Assembly (NCBI GenBank): GCA_943704425.1
Contig: CALSCP010002583.1
Coordinates: forward strand, 1-57,431
Direction of reading: 5' to 3'
DNA: 57,431 nt
From: Ministeria vibrans ATCC 50519
Taxonomy: Eukaryota > Protista > Filasterea
The translations under genes and the position numbers were made by a program. Below, piece by piece: positions 22,831 to 35,581 of this stretch. Each line of letters starts with the position of its first letter. Positions within the stretch are counted from its first letter, which is position 1. The notes under the pieces are model-generated. The model was not told the origin of the DNA. It searched no databases and was given only the letters and a program-made list of their open reading frames with translations.

Positions 22831-23913
22831 TCAATCATCTCGCACTATCGGCTTTCCGTCCAGTTTCTTCAATCGTGGCAATCGCTTTGCCACTTCCGTT
22901 TCCCACATTTCCTCTGCGCTTAATCGCTCCTCGATCGGATTCCCTAGCAGTATCAATTCTTCCAAATGCTCTAATTCATTCTGAAATCAAACCAAAGAAG
23001 AATAAACCAGTCTTATCCTCTTATCCTTGTCCTACAATGGCTCAAACAAAATGCACTATTCTATTCTTACCAACTTGTCAATTTCCGTCACATCTTTGAT
23101 TCGGTTGTGGCTCATATAGAGAACTTTTAGGTTTTTGGCCTTTTCAATGCCCTTCAGTCTGTCGATAGAGTTGTACGAGAGCCACAACTCTTCAAGCGTG
23201 CCAGCGACCGGCTCAAGCCCCCCAATCGTTTTGAGGTTGTTTCGTGCCAGTGAAAGTGTTTTCAGTTTTCCTGCACGAGAATAATAGGAAAGTGTACAAT
23301 AAATATAATGCGTGTGTGTATGTGTGGGTGTAAATTCGAAGAGAGGGAGAAAGAAGAAAAATGATAGAGAGTAAGTAAGAAACGAAGGGATGATACAAAG
23401 TGATAGAGAGTGGGGATGAGTTGTGCTCTCAAAACAGTGTTCCTTTTTCTCTTTACCCAATCCTTGGAGGTTGGATATCTTTTCAATGTTGTTTGTGGAC
23501 AAAGCAAGATGCCTAGCAAATCATTAATCAATAATATGAATGTGTATGACTGTCTAGCGTGTCTTATATAATGTGTATGCAATCATCATAGTACTGCCAT
23601 GTCTTGTGTTAAGTGTCTTACTCGCATTCCACCAGTGCCGACAGGCTCGCGTCCATTTTCTCAATGGGCGGTAACTGCATGTACAACTTGACCACCTTCG
23701 CTTTGCCTGACTGCTCTTTCGACGTCTCCTCCTGCCCACAATGTTCATCAAAGAAGGAAAAGAGAGTTTTTCCTTATTAGTCTGTTGCGCTTCACCAGCG
23801 GTTCTTAAAACGACTGCCTACCCATTTGGCTAGTGCCTCTTTGATGGTAGTGCCTTTGGACTGCAGCACAAATGGTTCAGGAGAGGAACGACAAAGTGAA
23901 ATTTGCTCACCAT
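22831..23913 (-). CDS. DNAL1: Dynein axonemal light chain 1 (LC1), LRR protein with an ATG-only first exon
   Basis: M|[83 protein letters not shown]. Confidence 0.92.
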
Positions 23914-24140
23914 GGAAACGAGAGAAATGCCAGAAATGCAAGCGGAATCGAGAGTATGGCGCTCAAGAGTTGAACAAATCAGTGTCTATCAAAAGTGCCT
24001 CAGAGTTGTGACTTGAGAGCGGATGAGTGTTTTGCTGACTGCTCGCAAATATATTGTTTGATTGTAAATAAAAATAATAAAAAAGGATAACGACTAAGTC
24101 GAATAGCTTAAAATAATATTTACCATTCTTCTTGCTTGCA

Positions 24141-25870
24141 ATGAGTTCTCAAGACGCCGCCGTTGTAATGGAAGTGACGCACGGTGTGCCGTACAAGGAG
24201 ACGGAGGAAACGGAACGCGACGATGAAATTGAAAACTGCTCTGACGCCTCATCGGTGAGCAGCTCTGCTGCCTCGAGTAGCGCCGCTGATAGCAGCAGCG
24301 ACAGCAGCTCGAGCGACAGCAGCTCGAGCGAGAGTGGCGAGGACGACGACAGCGCTGGCGAAGGCGCCGACGCGTCGCCGCAGCCCAAAGCGGCTGCGTC
24401 AACAGCAGCAGCAGCCGGTAGGAGCACACCGGCGCCCTGCCGCTTCGTGCCAGCCCCATCACTCACACGTGTACCCCCATATTAGCTCAATCGGCGTCTG
24501 TCGCTTCAGACGAAGGACAGAGCGCGACAAAAAGAAAGGCTGCGACGGGAATCAAACGAGCTGCGCCAGCGGCCGATCTCAAAGGTATTTCCCACCCACT
24601 TGCCCTCCCTTCGTTCCCTTGGCGTGTCTTTCTATGCGTTTCCGGCCCGATTTGCTCTCAAATGAGACGCATTTTTCCATTTCAATGATTTGGCGCCAAA
24701 ATCAAAAATGAAAATGTCAAAAAAAGAAACGAATGCACTTCTACAGTCTCCTTCGCTTTTCTTCTCCTCGCTTTCCTTCTCCAACATTCGTACTTTTGTA
24801 TTTTGTACACTGTGTCGTGTTTTTCGCCAACCATTCGTGCCGTACTCTCGGCTGTGCTCTCAGTTTTGTTTTTTGTGTCATGAACATATTTTGCTTCTTC
24901 TTTTGTAGGTACGCCAGCCTCCAAGCGACGAAGAAGAACCGCTGCGGAGCGTGCAGAGGCGGCGCAGGCGAAGAAGGAGCGAGCGGAAGCAAGAGCGGCG
25001 AAGAAACTTGCGCATGAACAGGCAAAGGCAGCCAAAGCCATTGAGGTGCAGGCAATGAAGGAGCGCAAGGCGCGTGAAAAGGCGGAGCGCGAGGAACAGC
25101 GCAAGAAGGAGCGCCTGTTGACGAGTGCGCAGCGAGAGGAGTTGCGCGTGAAGCGCGAGAAGGAGAAAGCGGAGCGCGTGGAGAAACGTCGAGTGGAGGC
25201 GGAGCAGCGTGCGCTGAAGAAGAAGGAAGAGGCGGAGCTGAAGGCAAAGCGCGCCATTGAGCGCGCCGAGGCCAAGAAGCAACGCGATATGGAGAAAGAG
25301 AAGGAGAAGGAGGTGCAGCGGAAGAAGCGCGAGGAGGAGAAGGCGGAGCGAAAGAGGCGCGAGGAGGAGGAAAAAAAGAAGAAGGAAATCAAAACACGAC
25401 CGCTCACGTCGTTCTTTGCGCCCAAGGCCGAGAAGGCCAAGAAGAAGACGACGGAAGAGACATCGATCTCCACTGTTGACACCGCGTCTTCCACTTTGAC
25501 AAACGCCAACGCCACCATGGATAGTGCCACTGCGGCGCCCGCGAGCATGGAAGGTGTTGTTATGGTGGACGCCACCCTTGCCACCGACGTCACCGAGTCG
25601 TCGTCGTCGTCGTCATCGGGCTTGTCGTCTCCCAAACAGGGACCCGTTGCCAAGTTTCGGCCGTACCGCGCACCCGACGGTGTCGAACTGGCGCCCGTGC
25701 ACTCGCGCGAGCCCTGCTCAGTGTGTCCTCTCGATTGTGGGCAGACGTTGGCGTCAACGGGTTTCAGTTGGTTGGTGTCGCAGCGGGGACGCAAGCACGC
25801 GCCACGCGTGCGCACTAGCACAGTGCGCCCCACTCCGGCACTCCCCTCGTGGATTGTCAGTAACAACAGC

Positions 25871-25904
<34 letters not shown>

Positions 25905-27550
25905 GTAGCAAATCGGTCATTGATGTGGACAGTGATGAGCAGCAGCAGCGGAAGCAACAGGACGAAGAGGACGTGGCCATGCTCGATGCAGTCGTGTCGT
26001 CAGTCAAGCTGCGTGCGCCGACGTATAAATTGTTGCAGTTTCACACCAATGTGCGTCCGCCGTACTTTGGGACGTGGACACAGAAGCGATCGGATGCGGT
26101 GGGACCTCGACGGCCGTTTGCCATGGAACTCGACACGACCGTGGTTGACTACGACTATGACTCGGAGGAGGACTGGGAGGAAGACGAAGGTGGTGAGAGT
26201 CTGGCGGGGTCCGAGGTGGGCGACGACGAGGAGGACGTTGGCGGTGAGGATGAGCTCGAGGACGGCTTCGTCGTGCCCCATGGGTACTTGAGTGCCGATG
26301 AAGGGCTCGAAGAGGACGACGAGGAAGGTGGTGGCGGTGACTCTGCTGCTGCTCTCCTTGCTGCCGGAAGCGCCGACTTGCCTGTGACGGAGGCGGATCG
26401 CAAGCGCAATGCAAAGGTGCGCCACTGGGAAACCGAGGCGGAGATGGCGCATGCGCCCAAAGCCATTGTGTTGGTGGGACCATTGTGGCAATCGCAAGAG
26501 GATCGTGTGGCCGGCAAGGCAATTCTCAAGCGCAGTGGTCAAGGAAATCTCTCATCAGACGACTACACGGCACTGCGTGTAGCGCGCTCGTGTGAGAAAC
26601 TCTACCAGTTGCGTGGACGCCTGCTCATGGTGCCTGGGACGAACCGCACACCGGATGGCACGTACGAAGAGGAAGCGGTGGATGGCAAGACGGGCTTGAC
26701 TGGTGGCGACGCTGCTACGGGGACCTGTGGTGGTGATCAAGGCGAGGGTGGAGACGGAGCGGAGGGCGGTGCGGACGCGCTGAAGGGCAAGAAGAAGCGA
26801 ACACCTCGCGTGAAGAACGAGTCGCCTATTCAGGTGCCACTCGACGTGGCAGCGCAACTGCTGCGACATGTGCACAACAGTCGCGAGGGACTGGGTTCCC
26901 TCGTGGAGCACTTTCGCAAGGACCACCCGGCCGCAGGCAAGGGTGCCATTGAGAAGACCATCCGCAATACGGCCGTGAAAGGCCAGCGTCCCAAGGAACG
27001 GTTCAAGCGCTGGATTGTCAAGCCCGAGTACATTGAGCGCTACAAGATTGACCTCAAGTAAGACAGAGGAGAGATGAGATGAGAGATGGAGAGGGGGGAA
27101 AAGTTAGAACGGAGGACTGTGGATGTATTTGTGTGTGTGTGTATCTATATTGACATGTGGTACCCGCGTAGTGCGTTTGGATTGGGTGGAGCCAAGGGAC
27201 TGCCAAAACCAAAGCGCACGCCCACACCCAAAACGAAAGTAGCGGCCGCTACGTCAGCGACAAGCAGTACAGCTACGGGTGAGTCTGCTGCGACTGCTAG
27301 TGCTGCTGCTTCTGAGAGTGAACCTGGTGATGTGGAGATGACACCAGTGACGCCTGGTGGAGAGGCAATGGGGGTGGTGACGCCCCTGACGGGCGCAAGC
27401 AATAGCAGCAATGAGGAGAACAAGGTGGTGAGCAGCAGTGGCTCTGTGACAAGTCGTGTGACGGACGCGGCTGAGAGTGGATCGCCCATCAAGAGCATGG
27501 AAGGACTCGATGAGATGGCAGACGCACCACAGCCCATGATGGTCGAGTGA
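24141..27550 (+). CDS. CHAF1A: Chromatin assembly factor 1 subunit A (p150/Cac1)
   Basis: KER coiled coil; PIP-like PLTSFF; KLLQFHTNVRPPYFGTW; DYDYDSEEDWEE; FVVPHGYLSADEG; C-terminal winged-helix-like region. Confidence 0.92.
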
Positions 27551-27772
27551 GGAGCTAAACAAGACGCAAGAGAGAGACAGAGAGGCAGAGACAGACGGAG
27601 AGTAGCAATGGAGCGTGTGATGAAAACCCAATCAAACAATTTAATAATAATACTTTTTTGTTTTATTATTCTTCCGTTAAGAGAGACCCATTTCACACAC
27701 TCTCTCAGTCACACACACACACACACAATCGCACTCACACAGGAAGTCACTCAAAACAAAACAGGTGGTCTC

Positions 27773-29484
27773 TTATTGGAAAGGAGAGGCTCTGGGGGCC
27801 CTGGGGGAAAGTGTAGGGGCATCCTTGAAGATAGTGATGGAGCGGAGCTGGCGCTGGAAGGCAAGCTTGTTGCCAATGATGAGAGGACGCACGGAAGCCT
27901 CAACACCCACCTGCGAGCCCTTGTAGATGCCCACTTCATCGGCACGCACGCGTGTCCTAATGAACATAGAGACAGAGAGACAGACAGAAAAAGAGAGAGA
28001 AAATAATAAGAAAAAAAAATAACAGAATGAGAAAGGGAAGTAAGAGTGGATGGGAATGGACTGACCCTGAGACGGCGTGGAAGACGCTGAGATAGCGGCG
28101 AACCAGACCCATTGTCTTGTAGATCTCCTCATCTTCCTCGCTGAAGAAGTTGGTGGGCACCTTGGAGCCCTCGAAAGGGCGATAGAAAACGTTTTGCCTA
28201 ACACCCAAAGCAAGCGACGGTATTAAAATTATTTTATTATTTTTATGAAATTGCAGTTTGGAACTTACTTGAAGGTGGCTGAGCCTGAATTGGGAATGAT
28301 TTGACGTTCGGGGTTTCTCTTGTAGGAGGGAATGTGCGACGTGTTGGTCTCGAGCACGGCTGCCTTGATGTCCTCGGTCATGTGAGAGAGACTGCGGGTG
28401 ACTTCGGGGTAGTCTGAGGGATTGGCGATGACGTGCGAGAGGAGGGCAGTGCGCAAGTCCTCGAGCCAGTCAACGTAGCGAAGCATGAGCTCGTTGGCTT
28501 CCGACGCCTATGAAACACACACAAATTAAAATGCGTCGAGAATCAGAGAGACGGGTCGACACAAAAAAGACAAAGAAAATACCTCGTCTAAGGGCAGACA
28601 GTTGACGGAGATCTCATAGACAGCCTTCTCAGGCTCGGTCACGAACACACCGCCAAAGAGTTCCTTCTGGAAGTTTCCAGAGGGCTTGCAGTGGGCATAG
28701 GAGACGACGGCGGGGGGCGCCAGATGCGCCAGACCCAACACTGCCTTGTCCTGCTGTGCATCGAAGAAGGCCGGCACGTTTCCGCCTTTGGGCCTCGCAT
28801 GCGCCACAATTTTGAGCTCGCTGGGGTTGATGTTGACAAAGGCCGTCTCCTTGGTCATGAACGTGGCCAGCGTCGCCTCCATGTCGACGCGCGCTGCAGA
28901 GGAAACACGTTTTTGTGTCAGGCGCAGAAACGAGAAGCATACGGCCACACGACAGGCACCGCGTCGCATCCAATTAATAGGCGCCCCTCCAAAGCCCAGG
29001 ATGCGGGGGGTGGCGTACGGCATAGCGTGCGGGTGGAGGCGGGCAGTCGAGTGGAAAAGAAGGCGAAAAAGACACTGATGCGAATGCTGTAAGCGCCCCT
29101 CTGGCCATGGCGAGGCCGGCAGGGCCTTGGCAAGCGTGGCCGAGGGTGCGGGGCGAAGCGCCAGGCGACGGTGCACAGCGAGAAGTGGCAGAAAAGGGCA
29201 AAAGAGCAAAGAACGAGCAACGCGCCAAAACGGAAATGAAAAAGAGAGAAAGGGAATGGCGCCAGCGAAGGGGCAAGAAGAGAGCAGGCTGCGGTCGGGT
29301 CGATGAGGCACAGACGAGTGCGATGAGGCGATGAAACGCGATAAACGGGAAAAGAGCAAATGAAGAAGAAAAACGAAAACACAGACAGACACACACACAC
29401 AGACAGACTCATACCGGCGGCAGTGGAGGAGAGCATGCGTCGGCTGCCAAAAGCGGCCACGCGACGAAGGGAAGCGGTGAGCAT
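27773..29484 (-). CDS. Mitochondrion-targeted protein, putative phage/giant-virus-type OB-fold ssDNA-binding protein (5 exons: 29484-29415, 28893-28583, 28507-28269, 28197-28066, 27956-27773; 311 aa)
   Basis: All exons join in frame through GT-AG sites. Presequence MLTASLRRVAAFGSRRMLSSTAA. Motifs VSYAHCKP..GNF..KAVYEISV and IYKGSQVGVEASVRP..GNKLAFQRQLRSITI. The gene model is strong; the function is inferred. Confidence 0.6.
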
Positions 29485-29745
29485 GAGTGAGTTGTTGAGT
29501 TGAAGGGGGAGAAAAAAATAGTTTTGATGAGATGATTGCTATTTGATCGAAGTTGAAGGTAACAATTTGTTTTGCACTTGTTCTGTCCACCACCAAAAAA
29601 CACTGACCAGGATGACGCCCGCCACATGCATATTGCATAGACAGATGGGAGTTCCGCGCCTTCCTGCCGCCGTGGTGCGGCTGGTGTCCCGATTAGCAGA
29701 CGCATTCATACGATCAGTCTGAGGGCACAAACACAGACAGTGCTG

Positions 29746-29776
<31 letters not shown>

Positions 29777-29928
29777 TCTCTTTCTGTCTCTCTTTCTCTT
29801 TGTGTGCGTGCCTTTCTTTGAATCCCTATTCCCTTGCATTCTTTGTACGCTTGCTGTGACAGCCCATTCCTTATAAGCTCTGTCATTATTAGTTTAGTAA
29901 CTAATAAGGGTCTATGGGCGCCCCAATT

Positions 29929-31029
29929 TAGGCCCTCGGAATACTAGGTATCGGGCCTGAGAGCCAGAGGTATCGGTATCGGTATCGGTACTGAATTCCC
30001 GAGAACGGAGGTATTCAGTAGTACTGGTTTACTGACAAAAAATACTGGTACATCTGGACGTATTTTTGAATTTTGAGTGATTAAATGTAACAGTATATTG
30101 ATAAATCGTGACAAAGAACTCTCGCGGGGTGTCATTGGGGAGCGGGGGGAGATTCTTGGCCGGCCTTAGGACGACATTGATCGATGGTTTGGGGCCAACG
30201 GAACGCTGGTTCGCGCCAGAGGTCCGGGTTGCAGGAGAGAAAAGACTCCATTGCGACGGACTGTGGGGCCAGCGAGCTGCGCGTCTCGCGCCATATACTT
30301 TTTGGAACTTTGTTGGCTCGCTCAACACTGCACTGAGTGGGGACAAACGCCGCGATGCGCCGCACTACCCGGCGGAGAACACTATCCGGCTCCCTCTTCC
30401 AGAAAGACAGCAATGTTTCTTTGCCGTCTGTGGGTTGCCTGCGGNNNNNNNTTCTGCGACGACGTAGCCATCCGCCAAGAAGCAAGAGCTCGAAGTCTTA
30501 CTCTTCTTAGCGGTGCTAGCCATGCGCCAGAGGCGTCTGATGACCTCGACGTGTTCTTCGGCCTCGCGCGGAACCGCTTCGGTTTTCGCTTTTGGCGCGG
30601 AGTCGACGGTCACTTCCACAACATCGGATTCCACTGCAGTTTCGTTAGCCGCGGACTCACCGTCGTCGACCGAGATCATTGCGTCGGAGCTGACGCTGCT
30701 GGTAGCGTGTTCTGCGCTCATTCTCTCGATCCTGAAATACGATTTGTCCAGGATCAGAAGAGACAAATCAAGGGCACAATTCTTGACTTTATCGACTGAT
30801 CTTCGTTACGAGTACGCCAATATGAAATACAGAGTGAATCACGTAAGATATAGGAGAGAGTTTATAATGAAATTACTGACAAAAATACCGGTACTGGTAT
30901 TTAGTTTGATCAGCGGCCTCGCCAGTACGTCCTGTTGATCACCCCATCACCCTCAGTACGTATTTTCATAGGATTACCGGTAGGTACTCAAAAATACTGA
31001 AATACTGTACCTAGTATTCCGAGGGCCTA
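29929..31029 (-). mobile_element. Non-autonomous (internally deleted) hAT-superfamily DNA transposon
   Basis: Perfect 22-bp TIR TAGGCCCTCGGAATACTAGGTA (29929-29950 and 31008-31029); subterminal (GGTATC)n repeats; minus-strand remnant LLSFWK...LRRVVRRIAAFVPTQCSVERAN...RSSLAPQSV...FLSCN resembles the hAT dimerisation domain. Confidence 0.88.
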
Positions 31030-31197
31030 CCGGCCCCATCTTTTTGGAGTTAGTCCGTGGCGGAAGCATTGTATTACTCTCTTTTATATGTGTATTAATA
31101 TTTCTCTCTCTCTCTCTCCTTTTTGAGTAAACTTTTCGACTTCATTTATTCCTAACAATAATTAATTTATTATTACACCTATTGCCCTACTTTGTCC

Positions 31198-32648
31198 ATG
31201 ACCACGTGGTCACGTTTGGGCCAGGCGACCAACAGGCGAACGGCACAGGGACACTTCAACTTCACGAAAGGATGTGTGTTTTCGCCCGACGGTCTGTGTC
31301 TTCTGACGGCCGCTGACGACCGCTCTCTGCGCCTCTACGACCTGCCCTTGCACGCGTGGACGGCCGCCGGCACCGGTGGTTGTGCTGCGGCGACGGACGC
31401 GCCGACGGATGCCTCGGATGCGGAATGCGGTGGTGCGCTGGAGACGACGCTGCGAATGAACGCCGGTGCCACCATCACCGACTACTGCTGGTACCCCGCC
31501 ATGAACAGCAGGGATCCTACGACGTGTGTGTTTGCTGCTGTTGCCCAGGATCACCCCGTGCAGCTGTGGGACGCCTTTACGGGCCTAGTGCGCTGTACCT
31601 ATCGTCCGTACAACCATCTCGACGAGGTAACTTGCCTCGTTTGACACATTCGACTTGCACACACTAAGCACTAAGCACTAAGCACGACACACACGAAGCA
31701 CACAAAGCACACATACACACATACGTGCACACTAAGCACACACACACTAAGTACACACACGACACACGTCTCCTCTTTCTTAGATCGCCGCCCCCAACAG
31801 CGTTGCATTCTCGCCTACAGGCGATCGTCTCTTTTGTGGTTTTAATCGCTGCGTGCGCATCTTCCGTACTGACAGGCCCGGACGTGAATGCGATGAGAGA
31901 GCCACAGGCACCGCACGAAGCGGACAAAAGGGAACCATAAGCTGTATTGCATTTCCTGGTGGCGATCACGATCCTCAGCGAGCCTCACGGTATTCTTCAT
32001 TGACCGACCTCATAATAACAATAATAATGATTATTGTTCTTATTATTATAAAAAATTAGTGATTCGTGTACCTTTGTTTGTGGGAGCTACGGTCGTTCGG
32101 TGGCCCTGTACGACACACGCTCGCCCAGTACGGATGCCCTTGCCCTGTACGCCACCGACAGCGGTGTGACACGCGTGGCTATGAGTGGCGATGGGCAGCG
32201 TGTGTACGCGAGCCCACGCACCTGTGATGCAGTGCTCTGTTGGGATGTGCGAGTGGGCGGTGGACGTGAGCCTATTGCGACCTTTCAACGAGCTTGTGAG
32301 ACAAACCAACGCATGGGAATGGTTCTTGACGAACGGAGCACTCCCGAGCTCTGGTGCACGTCCACCGATGGCTCGGTCGCTCGGTTTGATGCAGTTCCAA
32401 AGCAAACAGAGAAGGGTGAGCGCCCAAGTTCGACCACGATGCAACAAGAGGCCAGTGAGCGTGTAAGTGTTCACCCCCAAGACGCGTGCAATGGCATTTC
32501 GTTGCACCCATGGCAGCAAGGAATGGTCGCAACCGCCTCGGGGAAACGACGACTAATTGCGTGGAGTGACAGTGACGACGAGGAGGACGAAGGGTGTGCG
32601 GTGCCTCCTGAGCCAGGCGTCACGGTCTGGCAGAGACAAGACAACTGA
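31198..32648 (+). CDS. WRAP53: Telomerase Cajal body protein 1 (WD40), 3 exons
   Basis: NFTKGCVFSPDGLCLLT, DYCWYPAMNS.DP.TC, DHPVQLWDAFTG..RCTYRPYNHLDE, TNQRM, NGISLHP, ATASGKR. Confidence 0.9.
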
Positions 32649-32735
32649 CTGCCTTGGAGGCAACTTTTTCATTTGTCTTTGCACGTGTTGTGTATCTTGG
32701 TGTACAGTGTAAATGTGTGTATGTATAATTGTGCG

Positions 32736-32804
32736 TTACATAAAGTCGACGACATCGCCCACTTGAAGGGCCATTGTGCGGTCCGTAAAAGACGGGAGGA
32801 CATC
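32736..32804 (-). repeat. Diverged tandem copy of the last ~22 codons of MOCOS
   Basis: Encodes DVLPSFTDRTMALQVGDVVDFM* versus the gene's HVPPSDTDRTVTLQVGDVVTFM*; 76-bp period. Confidence 0.85.
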
Positions 32805-32811
32805 ATTTTTT

Positions 32812-33341
32812 CTACATGAAGGTGACGACATCGCCCACTTGAAGAGTCACTGTACGGTCCGTGTCCGACGGAGGCACATGGGAAAAGAGCACACCAAAGA
32901 GTGTGCGTCCATCGCGACGACGCACTCGCGATAATGTGCGCAAGGGCTCTTTGAGCGCCCGCACTGCACTACGCTGGTCCACGCACACCATGGCACAGCG
33001 ACCACACGGTCCTGCACTCACAAACTCGGCGCTCGACTCATCCTGGCCACTGATACGCATGGTGTGCCAGTCGTCTTCCGGCACGCGCACAAACCCGCGT
33101 GTCTCGGCCGTTAGCTGACCGGCGCTCTCTGTCGAGTTACTTGCGACAATAATGTTGGCGCGGAATCGATCAATTTCGCTTGCAGCGCTCGCTCCAAACA
33201 AAAACTCGTGTGTGTCCTGAAGAACCCAAATTAGTGTGTGCTATTTTAGAATGTCATGACGTTTTGGTTTCGTATTGTACCAGAGAGACTACGAGAAACT
33301 GGGCTTCGTTTGCGGCCGACAGCGCAAATTCCTGCTGCTGC

Positions 33342-33390
<49 letters not shown>

Positions 33391-35581
33391 GGGAGTGGTA
33401 CTCTGTGCGCTTGCACAGACGACTCGAGTTCCGATCAACTGAGGTGCGCACCAAACGACAGTCAACTGTGTCAAGAACGCGTGTGAGCCACTGGGCCACA
33501 GCGGCACCACAGTCGAGCACGGAAATGCCATCACCACACACTTTGGCGTTGAGACGACCCTCCTGAACGACGGCGTGTGAGTCAGTGCTATGGGAAGGAT
33601 GAGGGGGTGGTCCATTAAGAGGCACGGAGACACTGCCGTAGTCGGAGCGACCGTTAAAGGTGAGTGTAAGCTGCTGATGATCCGTGTCAATGTGCGGCTG
33701 GACCAGTGCGAGTAAGGGCAGTGTCTTTTGGGTGAGTGCACGTCCATCGCCAGCAACGACCATCCAATGACGATCGTAGCGCAGTCCCGTCGCGTCAATG
33801 GGCCAGTGGTCAACTGAGACGGCCGCACATGACTTGACAGGGTACACACACAGTTGTTGAATCGTGATCGAAGTCGAAGGAGCAGACCCTGCCACACACG
33901 ACGACGACAACGACGACAACGACTGCTCATTGGCCAAGTAGCAGTCACGCAAAAAGGCAACCCATGTGTCGACATCGTCACGCGTCGACATGTAGCCAAA
34001 CGATACCCGAATGCTCCCAGTTGCTTGTGCCTTCCACTCCCTTGCTCCACCAGATGTGTCCTTCACTTGCACCACATCTGTGTCGTCCCAGCACACATGT
34101 CCCGCGTCCAACTGCGCCTCCACCTGCGCCCCTGTTAGCCCTAGGGCGTAATGGCATGCACCTGGGTTGCAAAAACACCCCGTGCGCAAGTGGATTCCGT
34201 GACCCTGTGCCGTCCTTGCCACACTCGCATACCCAATGGGCGCTCCCTGGGCATCCTGCAGCGAAAAATTCACCACAGGCCCAAACGAAGCAGCAGCATC
34301 ACCATCATCATCACCATCAAACACCTCCAGAGGACACCCATCGTGAATGATGCACAGTGGCACTTCTGTGCTTGTGTGGTACATGGCACGCATGGCATCC
34401 ACGCAAGTGCGTCTGAGGCGCGCACAGTGTCGCGACACTGCACTCATCCCGCCCGGAATGTGATGTTGGAGCATATTAAAGCCCGCGGGGAGTGCTGCTG
34501 CCCCGTGCACGTTGGGTGTGCCATCTTCAAGTCGCTAGACACAAATGGGGGAAGAGTAAGCATACGCTCGTTGTGTCACAAAGTGCTAACTCTTACCGCG
34601 ACGAGTTGAGTGCGTCGAACACAGATAGGCTCGTCGGCCACCACGCCTGCTACTGTTCCTCCGCCAAAGTAGGGTCGCTGTTGCATCATTTCATCCGTGT
34701 CGGCACTGTGGCGGATGATCACAGCGCCCAGACCAGTCGGATAGCCGAACATCTACAGAATGATTGAGCGTCCTCAACGATGGCGTTATTTCCTTTACCT
34801 TGTAAAAAGATACAATGGTGAGATCAGCTTGGACGGTGTGCAACGAGAGAGGTTCGGTGCTGGCAAGAGCCGCAGCGTCCAACACGACAAACCACGGCTG
34901 CGCCGGGACGACTGTACATTTGCGCTGGGACGCCGACGCCAACGCCGCCGCAGCCGCAGTGAGGTGCACTCCGCTGACTTGTGCAGAGCCGTTGCGCAGT
35001 GCGTCGACAACCTTGTCGAGACGACGTACACGACGGCCCGAGAAGTTGCACTGGCCCGAGAGGACGCAGACAGGGCTTGTGTTGGTGCGTGCGCCGGCGA
35101 CGGGCGGCTGGGCGGGGGCGGAGGACGGCACGCGAATGTGGTCGATGCAAAGGGAGTCTGTTTGGGAGCGCAACGCAAGCTCACGCATGCCCACCACGGA
35201 GGTGTGGCTGGCGCGTACGTACGCAAAGAGGCTGCGTTGGTGTGCAAACGCCGCATCGGCGACGAGGCGCAGAGCGGCGGACGCACCGGCGACAAAGACG
35301 CAACTGTGCGTCTGGCCAGTCACGCCGAAATGGTGGAGCACACGCGCACGCGCCACGGCCATAATGTCCGTCGCAGCACGCGCGCTTTCGGACATGACCG
35401 AGTGCGGGTTGCCGAGCAGCGCCGTCTCGAGGAGACGCTGATGATCGCGCACTTGCGATCGCGCAAACAGAGTCGCGCCCGAGTGATCAAGGTACGTGTG
35501 CTCTGCGAGCAGCGGAAACTCCTCCTTGCGTAGCTTGCAAAGCCATGCCTCTCCGTCGTCGTCGTCGTTGTCGTAGTCCAT
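32812..35581 (-). CDS. MOCOS: Molybdenum cofactor sulfurase (NifS-like PLP domain + MOSC domain)
   Basis: YLDHSGAT, GNPHS, LDAA, SFYK|MFGYPTGLGA, LRTGCFCNPGAC, GSIRVSFGYMST, VYPVKSC, YDRHW, ANEAQFL, RFRANI, C.RC.MVCVDQ. Confidence 0.95.

Noticed and set aside
20896-26542. Long antisense or alternate-frame ORFs (e.g. 20896-21942, 21897-23099, 24682-26007)
   Set aside because: Shadows of GC-rich, low-complexity coding sequence of the PHD-SPOC and CHAF1A genes; no recognisable domains.
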